Notes under the pieces: generated by a model
What the model was told of the DNA's origin: nothing
Databases searched by the model: none
What the model saw: only the letters and a program-made list of their open reading frames with translations
Virus record (IMG/VR): IMGVR_UViG_3300025168_000094
Span: 1-59,020 of that record
Direction: 5' to 3' (one strand)
Length of the DNA: 59,020 nt
DNA from: a virus
Taxonomy: Duplodnaviria; Caudoviricetes
Shown here: piece by piece, positions 28,195-37,426 of the stretch
How the letters are laid out: each line of letters starts with the position of its first letter
How positions within the stretch are numbered: position 1 is the first letter of the stretch
Position numbers and translations under genes: made by a program

Positions 28195-28740
28195 TTACGA
28201 TTCCTTTTTTCTCGTGTCGTTGTCAGGGCGCTTGCCGCCGTCACCAGTCCAGCCACCCTGAGACATGAAGTCTTGCCAGTGCTCGTCAGGTGCCTTGCTA
28301 CCATCTTCGTTATTCATTTCTTCTTCGAGTCCACCGACAGTGTAGCTTTGACACGCCACCAACCAAGAACGAACGTTAGAGGAACTTTCTACTCTAATGT
28401 CGCACTCTTCAACTTGAGATAATGAAACAGATTCACCAGTAATCTTGCGGTATTCTTTTTTAAGAAACTTAACAACCTCATTTACTGTTGCAACAACTTC
28501 GTCTTCAAATCCATTTTGGTGAACTTTCTTTAACTGGACTTCTGACATGTAGGTAAGGTGCATGATGTTTCCGGCAAAGCGAACTTTAAATCCGTCCATC
28601 ACTCTCTGGTCGAGAATTGCATCACCGTCCTCGCGGTTAAGCCCAATCTTAAGGGGCTCATTGTTTTCATCGAGCGCGCCATCGTAAGCGTTAGCTGCTG
28701 CTTGGGACAAGCCCTTAACTATATCGTAAACTGTTGCCAT
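28195..28740 (-). CDS. Hypothetical protein
   Basis: 181-aa ORF, AAGGA RBS, operon-like packing. Confidence 0.7.
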   Translation of the reverse strand: MATVYDIVKGLSQAAANAYDGALDENNEPLKIGLNREDGDAILDQRVMDGFKVRFAGNIMHLTYMSEVQLKKVHQNGFEDEVVATVNEVVKFLKKEYRKITGESVSLSQVEECDIRVESSSNVRSWLVACQSYTVGGLEEEMNNEDGSKAPDEHWQDFMSQGGWTGDGGKRPDNDTRKKES

Positions 28741-28742
28741 TT

Positions 28743-29132
28743 TTATTTATCCTTTTTTAAATCTGGTCTCCAACCATTTTCCCATCGTTCTTCTCTGTGT
28801 TCGACATATTTGATGTAACAAGTATTACAACACTCAAATTTGACTAAGCAGACATCATCCATAGATTTCTTTGGAAACATTCCGCAGACAGGACAATTTT
28901 TACGAGGTTCTTTATTAAGTAGTTTTTTCGATACCTTTATACCATTTACGTCAATTTTATCTTCCCATTCTGAATTTTTGGAAGTTTTGGCATAAAACTC
29001 CTTCATTTGTTGGAGATAATCTTTTTCTTTATCTTCATCCCAAAACGCTTTGGGGTTTGCAATTGCCTCATCACCATATTTTTCTTTTATAACTTTTTCA
29101 ATTGCAGCAATCTTATCGGGGTTTTTACTCAT
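28743..29132 (-). CDS. Hypothetical zinc-finger protein
   Basis: CPVC...CCNTC near the C-terminus. Confidence 0.65.
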   Translation of the reverse strand: MSKNPDKIAAIEKVIKEKYGDEAIANPKAFWDEDKEKDYLQQMKEFYAKTSKNSEWEDKIDVNGIKVSKKLLNKEPRKNCPVCGMFPKKSMDDVCLVKFECCNTCYIKYVEHREERWENGWRPDLKKDK

Positions 29133-29728
29133 TTTATAACAATAAATCCTTTTCGTTTATATTCTTCATCTTTTATGAAATTCCGATGGGTAGTTCCAGC
29201 GTCTTCCCAAACAGGTATCAGAGCGGTGCAATCTCTATTGTGAAAATCAGGATTGTGACGCATGTGAACTTCTATTGGATTACCATCAATATATTCTATA
29301 TTAATATACTCGTATCTTTTAGACAAAGTTTCAAAAATTTTTGGTAATGGTATTTTATCTTGCACTTTTTTCCAAAGCGAAAACCTGTAGAGTGGGTCAT
29401 CGGGGTTACGGAACCCTTCAACTCCCAGGACTTGTTGTCCCCAACGATAATCTATCGACAAGTGGCGGCCTTTGAATACCTCACACCAAAAATGTCCTAT
29501 GGGTACAACATCGTCTGTCTCTTCTTCAATAAAAACAAATTTAGCTTCGCGGCCCATTCCCATCAGATTGATGCAGGGTCTAGTGATATATACGTCAGGC
29601 TTTGGCACATCTGTTCCAGTGGGTCCACAATAATAGTTGAGTGTTCTGGATACGGTTAACTTGTTGAATACCCAAAGATCTGCAGGGTTGCAGTTCTCCC
29701 AGGCATCGATGTCATCGTTGAATATCAT
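29129..29728 (-). CDS. Hypothetical protein, possible truncated ATP-grasp fold
   Basis: YITRP.INL.GMG, FWCE.F.GRHLS.DY, INIEYIDGNPIEVH.R resemble ATP-grasp elements. Confidence 0.5.
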   Translation of the reverse strand: MIFNDDIDAWENCNPADLWVFNKLTVSRTLNYYCGPTGTDVPKPDVYITRPCINLMGMGREAKFVFIEEETDDVVPIGHFWCEVFKGRHLSIDYRWGQQVLGVEGFRNPDDPLYRFSLWKKVQDKIPLPKIFETLSKRYEYINIEYIDGNPIEVHMRHNPDFHNRDCTALIPVWEDAGTTHRNFIKDEEYKRKGFIVIK

Positions 29729-30144
29729 TATTGTGATAGTTGTTTATCGATAGCGTAATAGGTAGTGCCGCCGACAACGACACCGCCCACAAACCATAAC
29801 CACTTATAACGTGGTGAGGTCTTTTCCAAAGAATTTGCTAAGGAACTAATTTCCTTATCCTTCTGTTCTATAAACAGGTCATATTCTTTTGTCAAAGCGT
29901 TGTGTTCGATTTTAAGATTTTCTAATTTGTATTCGTATTCTTCTCGTAAGATCTTTGTTTCGTAATCAGTTTTAATTTCGCAGGAATAGGTTGCTATATC
30001 ATACTCAGTTAATATTTTAGCCAGAGCATTTTCATCGAACAGGACGCCAGCGAAAGGAGCGGGAGCTTTGTATTCAAGTATCGTAAACTTAGGCGTAGTT
30101 GCATTGGCAGACATGGTGAGTAATAGTAAGAGTTTAAGGAGCAT
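29728..30144 (-). CDS. Envelope protein with signal peptide, coiled coil and C-terminal TM (spanin-like?)
   Basis: MLLKLLLLLTMSANA signal, coiled coil, WLWFVGGVVVGG tail; no lipobox Cys. Confidence 0.55.
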   Translation of the reverse strand: MLLKLLLLLTMSANATTPKFTILEYKAPAPFAGVLFDENALAKILTEYDIATYSCEIKTDYETKILREEYEYKLENLKIEHNALTKEYDLFIEQKDKEISSLANSLEKTSPRYKWLWFVGGVVVGGTTYYAIDKQLSQ

Positions 30145-30520
30145 ACTGGATCCCAAATTTAGTTTCTATATCTTTTATAAGTTCTTCCCTGTCTTGGTTG
30201 AACTTATTGGTGTATTTGCCTTTCTTATCTTCTCTTATGTTCTCTATCATCTCAAGAGCTTTTTCATAATCTTCTTCGATGTTTGCCATCGACTCAAGAT
30301 GTTCTTCCATTAGCAACTGCTTTTCTCGAATCTCTTGTTTATGAATTTCTTTGAGCCCTTCGATCTGTGACCGGGCAGATTCTATTTGGGTTTTGTATGT
30401 TTTCTGCATGAGTCTGTAATCGTGTTTCATCTTACCAAACACAATAAGAGCTAATAGTAATATTAATAGCTCTTTCCAATGGTTTACAACAAATGTAATA
30501 ATCTTTGTTTTAACCATCAT
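30134..30520 (-). CDS. N-terminal TM plus coiled-coil protein (i-spanin-like)
   Basis: LLILLLALIVFG TM segment followed by ~90 aa of charged coiled coil. Confidence 0.55.
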   Translation of the reverse strand: MMVKTKIITFVVNHWKELLILLLALIVFGKMKHDYRLMQKTYKTQIESARSQIEGLKEIHKQEIREKQLLMEEHLESMANIEEDYEKALEMIENIREDKKGKYTNKFNQDREELIKDIETKFGIQYAP

Positions 30521-30707
30521 AACCTCTTAATTTGGCAATACCGTCTAATACAGTCTGGCCGCCAATGTAAATTGCCGAAATAATTACCCAGTCTTCACTA
30601 GCTAACTGTCCCGACATTGCGAGGTAGGTGGCTACACCCCATACCATTAATTTTCTAGAGGTTAATTTACTTAACCAAGTATCAACAAATCCTTGTGCTC
30701 TTGCCAT
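30510..30707 (-). CDS. Small two-TM protein, holin-like
   Basis: KLTSRKLMV motif then two hydrophobic helices; start refined to 30707 (GGAG RBS). Confidence 0.55.
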   Translation of the reverse strand: MARAQGFVDTWLSKLTSRKLMVWGVATYLAMSGQLASEDWVIISAIYIGGQTVLDGIAKLRGYDG

Positions 30708-30727
30708 CGTGCATTTCTCCAATCAAT

Positions 30728-31216
30728 CTAATTAGTTTCTTGGATTCCATTTTTGGCGTTTTTTATTAGATACCGCACAAATTGCTGTGAATTTTCTGTC
30801 TCTAGGGTATTCTCTTCGGAGTTGACCGATTTGATAAATTTATCTTGACGAGTAATCCAACCCATCGCTGAAGGATTGTAAGCTATGCCTGGTATTCGAA
30901 TAAGTCTTCCCCAACCAAAAAGTCTATGTAAGTCACCTGTCAAGTTTTCGTAATAACCGCCGGCTTCAAATATTTCTGGATAACTTTGATTAATCCATGG
31001 AAGTGCTTCAAGCATCCCAACCACATTGTCATTTGGAGGTAAATCGTTCTTTATGTCATCAAACCCAGCTTCAACAGTGTGTTTGAATATGCTTTGTATA
31101 TTTTCAGAATATTTGGAATTAGCATTTATGAGTTGGTTTAATAACTCTTCTTCTATTTTTTCTAAAGATTTTGGACCGAAGAAAAACGATCTAACGCTTT
31201 CAACCCAGCCGAACAT
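30728..31216 (-). CDS. Hypothetical protein
   Basis: 162-aa ORF filling the gap between neighbours. Confidence 0.55.
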   Translation of the reverse strand: MFGWVESVRSFFFGPKSLEKIEEELLNQLINANSKYSENIQSIFKHTVEAGFDDIKNDLPPNDNVVGMLEALPWINQSYPEIFEAGGYYENLTGDLHRLFGWGRLIRIPGIAYNPSAMGWITRQDKFIKSVNSEENTLETENSQQFVRYLIKNAKNGIQETN

Positions 31217-31218
31217 TG

Positions 31219-32091
31219 CTATGCTTTCTCTTTTGCAATTTTTGTGGCAGTTGCGTACATTACGGATTCAGCGTCATCGCCGTACCTTTTCTTGAAGTCT
31301 TTCTTGTTCGTCTTCATACCTTTGACAACTTTTTCTTTTTCTTTCTTCTCGGGCTTGGTAAGTTCTTTTTCACGAAGTCGACCCTTAGGGCGGCCGCGGC
31401 CTTGGCGGCTATTGTAGCCAGCGTCAAGAGCATCCGAAAGAGAGTAAATTTTAAACTTCTCCTCGCCGTATTCAACAGCGCGTCTGAGATTTGCAGCGAA
31501 CTTCTCTAATGGTATTGAGATTCGCGCCTTTTCATGAAATTGTTTAATTTGTTCGTCGGAACGTGTATTAAGAAAACCGCCAATTGCCTCCCAAGCTTCT
31601 TTTGTCTCGTCGCCGCCGAGAACATTACGAGGACCGGTGACACGGGCAGCCATGTCTTTTACTTTTCCCATTGGGCGATCAAATATACCTTCTTCCATTT
31701 GTTCTTGATCTTCAGGCTCTTTAGGCATAAACTTATCTTTCATCGCCTTGACGGCTCCAAGGAGTCCGCCAGTACCCAAAGTTGATACGATAGCAGGATC
31801 AGTTGCGAAGTGCTCTAATGCCTTAAAGAGAGCCATAAGGTTTTCGGGATTAATGTTTTCGACACCTTCTTTCATCTTGCCCTTAGTGGGCTTGGCAAGA
31901 CGACCCGAAGTTGCTTGTGAGTATCCGATTGAATAAGGATCTTGGTCTGTTACAGCGCCGGCAAGATAGTCAATACTGACATCTAAATCCTCTATCTTAT
32001 CAGAAAGCGCGAAGATTGCGTCAATCAAGGCTTCATTAGAACCTATTTCTTCTTTGATAATTTCTTTAAGTTTAGACTTGCTGATTTTCAT
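31219..32091 (-). CDS. Hypothetical multi-segment protein with MKI..L..II.EE leader
   Basis: Start refined to 32091: MKISKSKLKEIIKEEI; basic C-terminal KRYGDDAESVMYATATKIAK segment. Confidence 0.7.
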   Translation of the reverse strand: MKISKSKLKEIIKEEIGSNEALIDAIFALSDKIEDLDVSIDYLAGAVTDQDPYSIGYSQATSGRLAKPTKGKMKEGVENINPENLMALFKALEHFATDPAIVSTLGTGGLLGAVKAMKDKFMPKEPEDQEQMEEGIFDRPMGKVKDMAARVTGPRNVLGGDETKEAWEAIGGFLNTRSDEQIKQFHEKARISIPLEKFAANLRRAVEYGEEKFKIYSLSDALDAGYNSRQGRGRPKGRLREKELTKPEKKEKEKVVKGMKTNKKDFKKRYGDDAESVMYATATKIAKEKA

Positions 32092-32093
32092 TT

Positions 32094-32474
32094 TTAGCGG
32101 CCCTTCTGCTGTGGGATCAACCCTGCGTCCTGCATAGCAGCCGCGTTGCCTGTATTTTTGCGATACATACACTTAACAAAATCAGCATTCAAATCTCCAC
32201 GAAGCGCTTCGTCAGAGCAAGCCTTGATCTGTTGTTGGGACTCTTTCGGATCCTTATTGAATGGCGCTGAGGTCATAACGCTGTAAAGTTCTTGATACTT
32301 TTCAGGCACCCCGCCGCTATCCGGAGTCATTCGGCCCATAACATCTGATGTGCTTGGTACATTATCGGGCATATTGGTAGTGAAACTACCTTGCTCTTCA
32401 ATCTCATCTCTATATGTTGTCTCATTCAAAAAGTAACGAGGGTCAATTCTCTTCTTGTTTTTTCTTATAGCCAT
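32094..32474 (-). CDS. Hypothetical protein
   Basis: AGGAG RBS; basic N-terminus MAIRKNKKRIDPRYFLNE. Confidence 0.65.
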   Translation of the reverse strand: MAIRKNKKRIDPRYFLNETTYRDEIEEQGSFTTNMPDNVPSTSDVMGRMTPDSGGVPEKYQELYSVMTSAPFNKDPKESQQQIKACSDEALRGDLNADFVKCMYRKNTGNAAAMQDAGLIPQQKGR

Positions 32475-32487
32475 TATAAATCTCCTA

Positions 32488-33627
32488 TTATGTTGCTAAT
32501 CCATTCATGCTTAGTATCGCAATCAATCCGGGCACATTCTTTCTGACATAAACGCCAGAGAAAAGTGTCTCGCATCGGCCGCCGACATAAGCGATTGCCG
32601 ACTCAATATTTTTACTGACTTTGGGGTCAGCCACCATCTCTTCTGACACAACCAGCACTAACGAGCCTGCAGCGGCCTTACCCTTGGGAGGGGGGCACGC
32701 TGAGCGGTTCATACAATTGTGGAGGATCACCGATCCAAGCTTTCCAGTATTTGGGTCTTTAATCATCGTGGAACCCATGAAGGCACGGCCGGTCTTATCT
32801 AGACAGGTTTCGAGGTCTTTTGAATCAAAAGATTGAATTGGTGAATCTTCCGTAGAAAGTTTAAGCACTTGAGCGAAAGATTTTGCAAATTGTGTATTGG
32901 CTACTGGATACATGCCAAGCATACCAATTCTGCCACGCAGTAAGCGTGTAGCTCGTTCATTGTCAAGAATGATATGCGGGTGCTTAGCAACGTCGTTAGC
33001 CAGTGTCAAGGCATTACGAGCGATTGTGGGGTTAAGATTTTCCTGTGCTGTGGGCCAAGATGTTACATAAACAACCTTACCGCTAGCTTGAACTGAGCGA
33101 AGGTAACGTTCAAATACAGGATGAAGAGCAGTGACGCTACTACCGGTGCCACCGCCGCCGCCAGCAAGGACGAATAACCAATCAACTTTACCAAATTTGA
33201 TGCGGAGAGCATCTTCAACAATTGCGCCATTTTGACTTAAAACCTCTTTTCCATATTCTACGTTTTTTCCAATCCCATCTGAATCGGGAATGAGGACAAC
33301 GTGATCCTCGTCTACATTCTTTGGAATGTCTTTACCTGTTGAATTTACGAGTAGCGTCTTATTGAAACCTAATTCAATAAACGCATTCGCCATTTTATTG
33401 CCTCCACCGCCGACACCGACAAAACCAACATTGATAGATGAGGGGGCTGTATTCTCGGGGAGTAAATCTTCATCAGAGTATTCCATCTGTAATCCGAAGT
33501 CCTCAACCATGCCGAAATCTTCTGCATCTACTTCTTCGTGGTAATGATCTTTTTCCTGCGCGAACGCAGGAGGTGGTTCTGCGGGAGGCAGAAAATCAAA
33601 TTCGCTGTTATCGTTTTCGTCTGACAT
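32488..33627 (-). CDS. Tubulin/FtsZ-superfamily GTPase (PhuZ/TubZ-like)
   Basis: GVGGGGNK (T1), DGIGKN...G (T3), AGGGGGTGS signature (T4), ILDN, FDSKDL (T7-like); ~60-aa acidic N-terminal extension. Confidence 0.88.
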   Translation of the reverse strand: MSDENDNSEFDFLPPAEPPPAFAQEKDHYHEEVDAEDFGMVEDFGLQMEYSDEDLLPENTAPSSINVGFVGVGGGGNKMANAFIELGFNKTLLVNSTGKDIPKNVDEDHVVLIPDSDGIGKNVEYGKEVLSQNGAIVEDALRIKFGKVDWLFVLAGGGGGTGSSVTALHPVFERYLRSVQASGKVVYVTSWPTAQENLNPTIARNALTLANDVAKHPHIILDNERATRLLRGRIGMLGMYPVANTQFAKSFAQVLKLSTEDSPIQSFDSKDLETCLDKTGRAFMGSTMIKDPNTGKLGSVILHNCMNRSACPPPKGKAAAGSLVLVVSEEMVADPKVSKNIESAIAYVGGRCETLFSGVYVRKNVPGLIAILSMNGLAT

Positions 33628-33638
33628 TGTTTATTCCT

Positions 33639-34055
33639 TTAATTCGGCACCACGGCGATGCCATATTTGTTACCTTGAATTGTCTTAAAATGAACTTCAA
33701 CCATACCTTCGGAATGGGTGAAATAATCCATTATAAAGATCCCGTCCTCTTTCCCTTCTGGTGGTGGCTCATTTTTATATGACATGCGCGCAAACCATTT
33801 ATACTGATTGTCATCTGTGGTGTCGAGAACGATATATTTATCACCCACCAATTGCCTCAGTGCATCATAAGCTTTTTCAGATGGTATTCCCCTCTGTTTA
33901 CGGTTCGCGACGGTCAGTTTGTTACCACGAATTTCGTGGTCGCGAGGAGTCATTGGGAATTGTATATTCTCATTCTCATTCAAGGGAGAAGAATTAAATA
34001 CAGATTCGATCTCTTCTTTGATAATCTGTTTGAGTTGTAATTTTGTAATTTTCAT
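33639..34055 (-). CDS. Hypothetical protein with MKI..L..II.EE leader
   Basis: Starts MKITKLQLKQIIKEEI. Confidence 0.7.
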   Translation of the reverse strand: MKITKLQLKQIIKEEIESVFNSSPLNENENIQFPMTPRDHEIRGNKLTVANRKQRGIPSEKAYDALRQLVGDKYIVLDTTDDNQYKWFARMSYKNEPPPEGKEDGIFIMDYFTHSEGMVEVHFKTIQGNKYGIAVVPN

Positions 34056-37000
34056 TATTGGTTTACCTTTGCAAATCCTGCTTTCTTATCAATTACGATT
34101 TGCATGTCAACACAATCTTTGAGCGAATCAAGGTGGGAGATCAACAAAACGTTCTTAAAATACACTTTAATTAGTTCCAAGATCTGAATAAAACCCGACA
34201 TATTGTCTTCGTCCAATGCAGTTCCAGGTTCATCAAGAATGAATAAGTCTGATTTTGGCAATGACGAAACTCCCAACAATGCTAGACGGATAGCCATTGC
34301 AGACAGTGACTTTTCGGCACCAGAAGCCATTTCAATTGGGCGCTCTTCGTACTTTGGATGTTTAATATTAATATCAAATTTATTGCCTGATGCTTCAAAG
34401 AAAACTTCGAAGTCAACAATGTTAGCAAGCACCTTGGCAATCTCTTCATTAATGACTGGAATCTTCTTCTTGATTACGTCATAGGCAATACCATTTGGAT
34501 GCATGCAACGCATAAACAAGTCATATGCAGCAAACTCAGTTTGTAAGTCTCTATACTCTTGCTTTTGTTCTTTGATTGTCTCAATCTTTTGTTCGTATGA
34601 GCCAACAGACTTAACAAGCTCTAGTGTTGCAGTATCACAATTGGTAATCTTACTTTCGGTTTGTTGAATCTTATAATGACACTTATTAAGCTGTGTTACA
34701 AGAAGCTCAAGGTTTTCAATTGCTTCCTTGTTTTCTTCGTATTCGTCGCGCTTAGCACACAAGTCAGACAGTTCTGATTGCACTGAGTGCAGTGTGTTCT
34801 TGTTTCTTTCTATTTCTAGATTGAGGTCAGCGATTTCTGAAGACACAGTGTGTTTATTGGATTCCATCTTTCCGTAGCGTTCAAGTTGAATCTCTACATC
34901 AAGCGGGTTAAGATCATTGATTATCTCAGTAATAATGCTTATGTTCTCTAATACTTCTACCTGTTGAGATTCAATGGCGCTTTTTTGAGACACGGCTGTA
35001 TGTGCTTCTTTGACGAACTCATTTTCACAACAGTATTGGCAATCAGGGTCGTATTGATGACCGTCAAGCAACTTCTCTTTCTTCAGCACTTCATTGTGGT
35101 TTTCGAGAAGTTTGTTAAGTTCTTCTTCTTGTAGTGATAACTTGCTTCTGTTTTGCTGAATCTGGTTCTGCAGACCCTCAAACTTTTGTAAGTCAAACTC
35201 ACCTAAGAAATTAGTAATCTTTTTATACACACCTTGCTTGAGTTTTAAATCATCTTCGTTCCTGCTGTTCTTTAGATTCAAGGCAGTAATTTTATTCTCT
35301 TCTGCTCGAATGCTACTGTTGATTGTGGAGATATCGATTATCTCAGCGGGGATTGAATCAATCTTGCTTTCGATTTCGTCTTTAACTTCCACCAAGCCTG
35401 CGTGTGCTTCTCGTAAAACAGTGCAAGTATTCTTGTGTTCCGCCATTTGTGTCTTTGATTCTTCGAGAGAAGTTGTAGCTTTCTCCAAATCTTCATCGTA
35501 ATTTTTAGAATCAAGCCGCTTTAGAGCACCTTTAAGGTCCACTGAATTCTCTTTAGCTAATTTAAACTTACGATCAAACAACTCAAGGTCTAAGAATTTT
35601 GCAATGATTTCTTTGCGACGTGTTGAACCTTCATCAATGAACGCAAGGGCGCCATGCTGTGATGACAGTGAAGAAACAGCAAAATCATCAAGGGTGCCAA
35701 ACTTCTTTCGAATGTTAGCGTCTGTTAGAGTTCTTGTAAGACCATTCAATGAAGTTGTTTCATCCATAACTGGATCATACACTTCAAAATTAAGTTCTGT
35801 TTTAGCCTCGTTTGTTTCCTCACCTTTTAGTCTTTTGACATACTTCTTTGCTGCTCTCTCGACTGTATACGTCAAGTCATCGATTTGAATTGTTACTTTG
35901 CCGCGGCATTCATTCTTGTTCTGATTGATGACATTAATATTCTTTCTTTCATTTTTAGAAGTTGTGTTAAACAGCGTCCATAGAATGCCATCAACGATAC
36001 TACTTTTACCAGAAAAGTTTTTACCAAAGATACCAATAATACCGCTTAGCTCGTTAAAGTTAACGTCGTTGTCTTCGCCGTAATTAAAGAGATTATCAAA
36101 TTCAAAGTCAATCAGTCTCCAGTTAATGTTTCTAGATACGTCTTCATTATCTTCTACAATCTGGTTATACTTCTTATTTAACTCGTAAACCTTTTCAATT
36201 GTTTCTCGGGAAGCTTCATAATCTACCAAGTATTCATCGATAAGTTCTTCTTGAACTTTGATGTCTCTCAGGTTTTCAGTCTGCAGACCATCGGTAAGAC
36301 CATCAACTGAGCCACGTTCGCCGGAGGCTCTGTTAAGGAACGATATACTCTCGGGCTTGAACCGGTGCTTGGCGATGTCTACCGCCCTCTTCATTGTATC
36401 TAACGGAAGATTATTATTACTAACGAGACGCACACGAGCGCCAGTCGGAATAGAAATATTCTTTGGCATTCGTCCTTTGCGAGTAAGCTCAATAGTAATG
36501 AACGGCTTCGGGTTAACAAGCGATACATGGCGTGTACTCCAGTTATACTTATCTTCAATATCCCAAATAAGATAACCTTTATCGTTCGATTCGCCATGGT
36601 TCTGTTGTACTAGGGAGCCGGGGTATCTCGCTCTACCATCTTTATCTACCTTTTGATCTGTCTTGTGAATGTCACCGAGTAATGCGTAGTCGTACTTCTC
36701 AAGCTCGTCAAGAGAGATATCACCGTGCGTCATCATCCAGCCGCTATCAGTCACCGAACCGACAACTGAGCCATGGTATAGGGCGACGTTAACACGATCT
36801 TCTGGAAGTTCTTTCTTCCAGTTCTCTGGGTCTACAATGGATAAGACATGCAAATCGATGCCATCTGCCACTTCTACTACTGATGCATGTTTATGAAAGT
36901 GAATGTTTGGATGGTTGAGATAATCAACAATGGGCGAAATAGCATCGAGTCTACCACTATTCTTTAAATTCATATCATGATTACCCAGAATCATGTGATA

Positions 37001-37219
37001 TGGTGCGATGTCTGCTAGACCAACAAACAATTCACTCATCATCTTGATTGCCTCGGGGCTTAAATCAAGTTTGGTGTGAAACGTATCACCGGTGTTAACG
37101 ATAATATCGGGCTTCTCTTCTCGAAGCTTCTCGTATAGTTGCTCGAAAACTGCTCGATATTCTTTATGGTACTTCAATTTTCGGACATGGATGTCCGATA
37201 CGTGTGCTATTTTAATCAC
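34055..37219 (-). CDS. Single-chain Mre11/SbcD nuclease plus Rad50/SbcC ATPase fusion
   Basis: Phosphoesterase motifs SDIH, TGD, GNHD, HG, GDIH; Walker A GKNFSGKS; coiled coil with CQYC hook; ASGAE signature; ILDEP; ISH. GTG start at 37219 after AGGAG. Confidence 0.92.
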   Translation of the reverse strand: MIKIAHVSDIHVRKLKYHKEYRAVFEQLYEKLREEKPDIIVNTGDTFHTKLDLSPEAIKMMSELFVGLADIAPYHMILGNHDMNLKNSGRLDAISPIVDYLNHPNIHFHKHASVVEVADGIDLHVLSIVDPENWKKELPEDRVNVALYHGSVVGSVTDSGWMMTHGDISLDELEKYDYALLGDIHKTDQKVDKDGRARYPGSLVQQNHGESNDKGYLIWDIEDKYNWSTRHVSLVNPKPFITIELTRKGRMPKNISIPTGARVRLVSNNNLPLDTMKRAVDIAKHRFKPESISFLNRASGERGSVDGLTDGLQTENLRDIKVQEELIDEYLVDYEASRETIEKVYELNKKYNQIVEDNEDVSRNINWRLIDFEFDNLFNYGEDNDVNFNELSGIIGIFGKNFSGKSSIVDGILWTLFNTTSKNERKNINVINQNKNECRGKVTIQIDDLTYTVERAAKKYVKRLKGEETNEAKTELNFEVYDPVMDETTSLNGLTRTLTDANIRKKFGTLDDFAVSSLSSQHGALAFIDEGSTRRKEIIAKFLDLELFDRKFKLAKENSVDLKGALKRLDSKNYDEDLEKATTSLEESKTQMAEHKNTCTVLREAHAGLVEVKDEIESKIDSIPAEIIDISTINSSIRAEENKITALNLKNSRNEDDLKLKQGVYKKITNFLGEFDLQKFEGLQNQIQQNRSKLSLQEEELNKLLENHNEVLKKEKLLDGHQYDPDCQYCCENEFVKEAHTAVSQKSAIESQQVEVLENISIITEIINDLNPLDVEIQLERYGKMESNKHTVSSEIADLNLEIERNKNTLHSVQSELSDLCAKRDEYEENKEAIENLELLVTQLNKCHYKIQQTESKITNCDTATLELVKSVGSYEQKIETIKEQKQEYRDLQTEFAAYDLFMRCMHPNGIAYDVIKKKIPVINEEIAKVLANIVDFEVFFEASGNKFDINIKHPKYEERPIEMASGAEKSLSAMAIRLALLGVSSLPKSDLFILDEPGTALDEDNMSGFIQILELIKVYFKNVLLISHLDSLKDCVDMQIVIDKKAGFAKVNQ

Positions 37220-37230
37220 ACATTCTCCTT

Positions 37231-37359
37231 TTAGTTGATGTAAGGCACACCCAAACAAGCGTGTAACATTATTGGTACAACAAAAAGTCCAAAACAGTAA
37301 CCAACTTCGAAGATAATAACTTTAAGAATAACGTTTAAAGCTATAGCGAATGTCTTCAT
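37231..37359 (-). CDS. Candidate 42-aa hydrophobic peptide (MKTFAIALNVILKVIIFEVGYCFGLFVVPIMLHACLGVPYIN)
   Basis: Below the track cutoff; GAGG RBS; lies between a sigma70 promoter and the Mre11-Rad50 RBS. Confidence 0.5.
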   Translation of the reverse strand: MKTFAIALNVILKVIIFEVGYCFGLFVVPIMLHACLGVPYIN

Positions 37360-37377
37360 ATGTGCCCTCATTTAAAT

Positions 37378-37406
37378 ACTATAACATAGAGGAATGGAAC
37401 ACGCAA
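37378..37406 (-). promoter_or_regulatory. Sigma70-type promoter
   Basis: TTGCGT, 17-nt spacer, TATAGT with extended TG. Confidence 0.55.
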
Positions 37407-37426
37407 GCACTTTCTTGCAGTTTTTT

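Noticed and set aside
28193-28304. Longer track starts for several genes (692, 6117, 11872, 16083, 28304, 32172, 37258, 40458)
   Set aside because: They overlap upstream genes or promoters; downstream starts have an RBS or the conserved leader.
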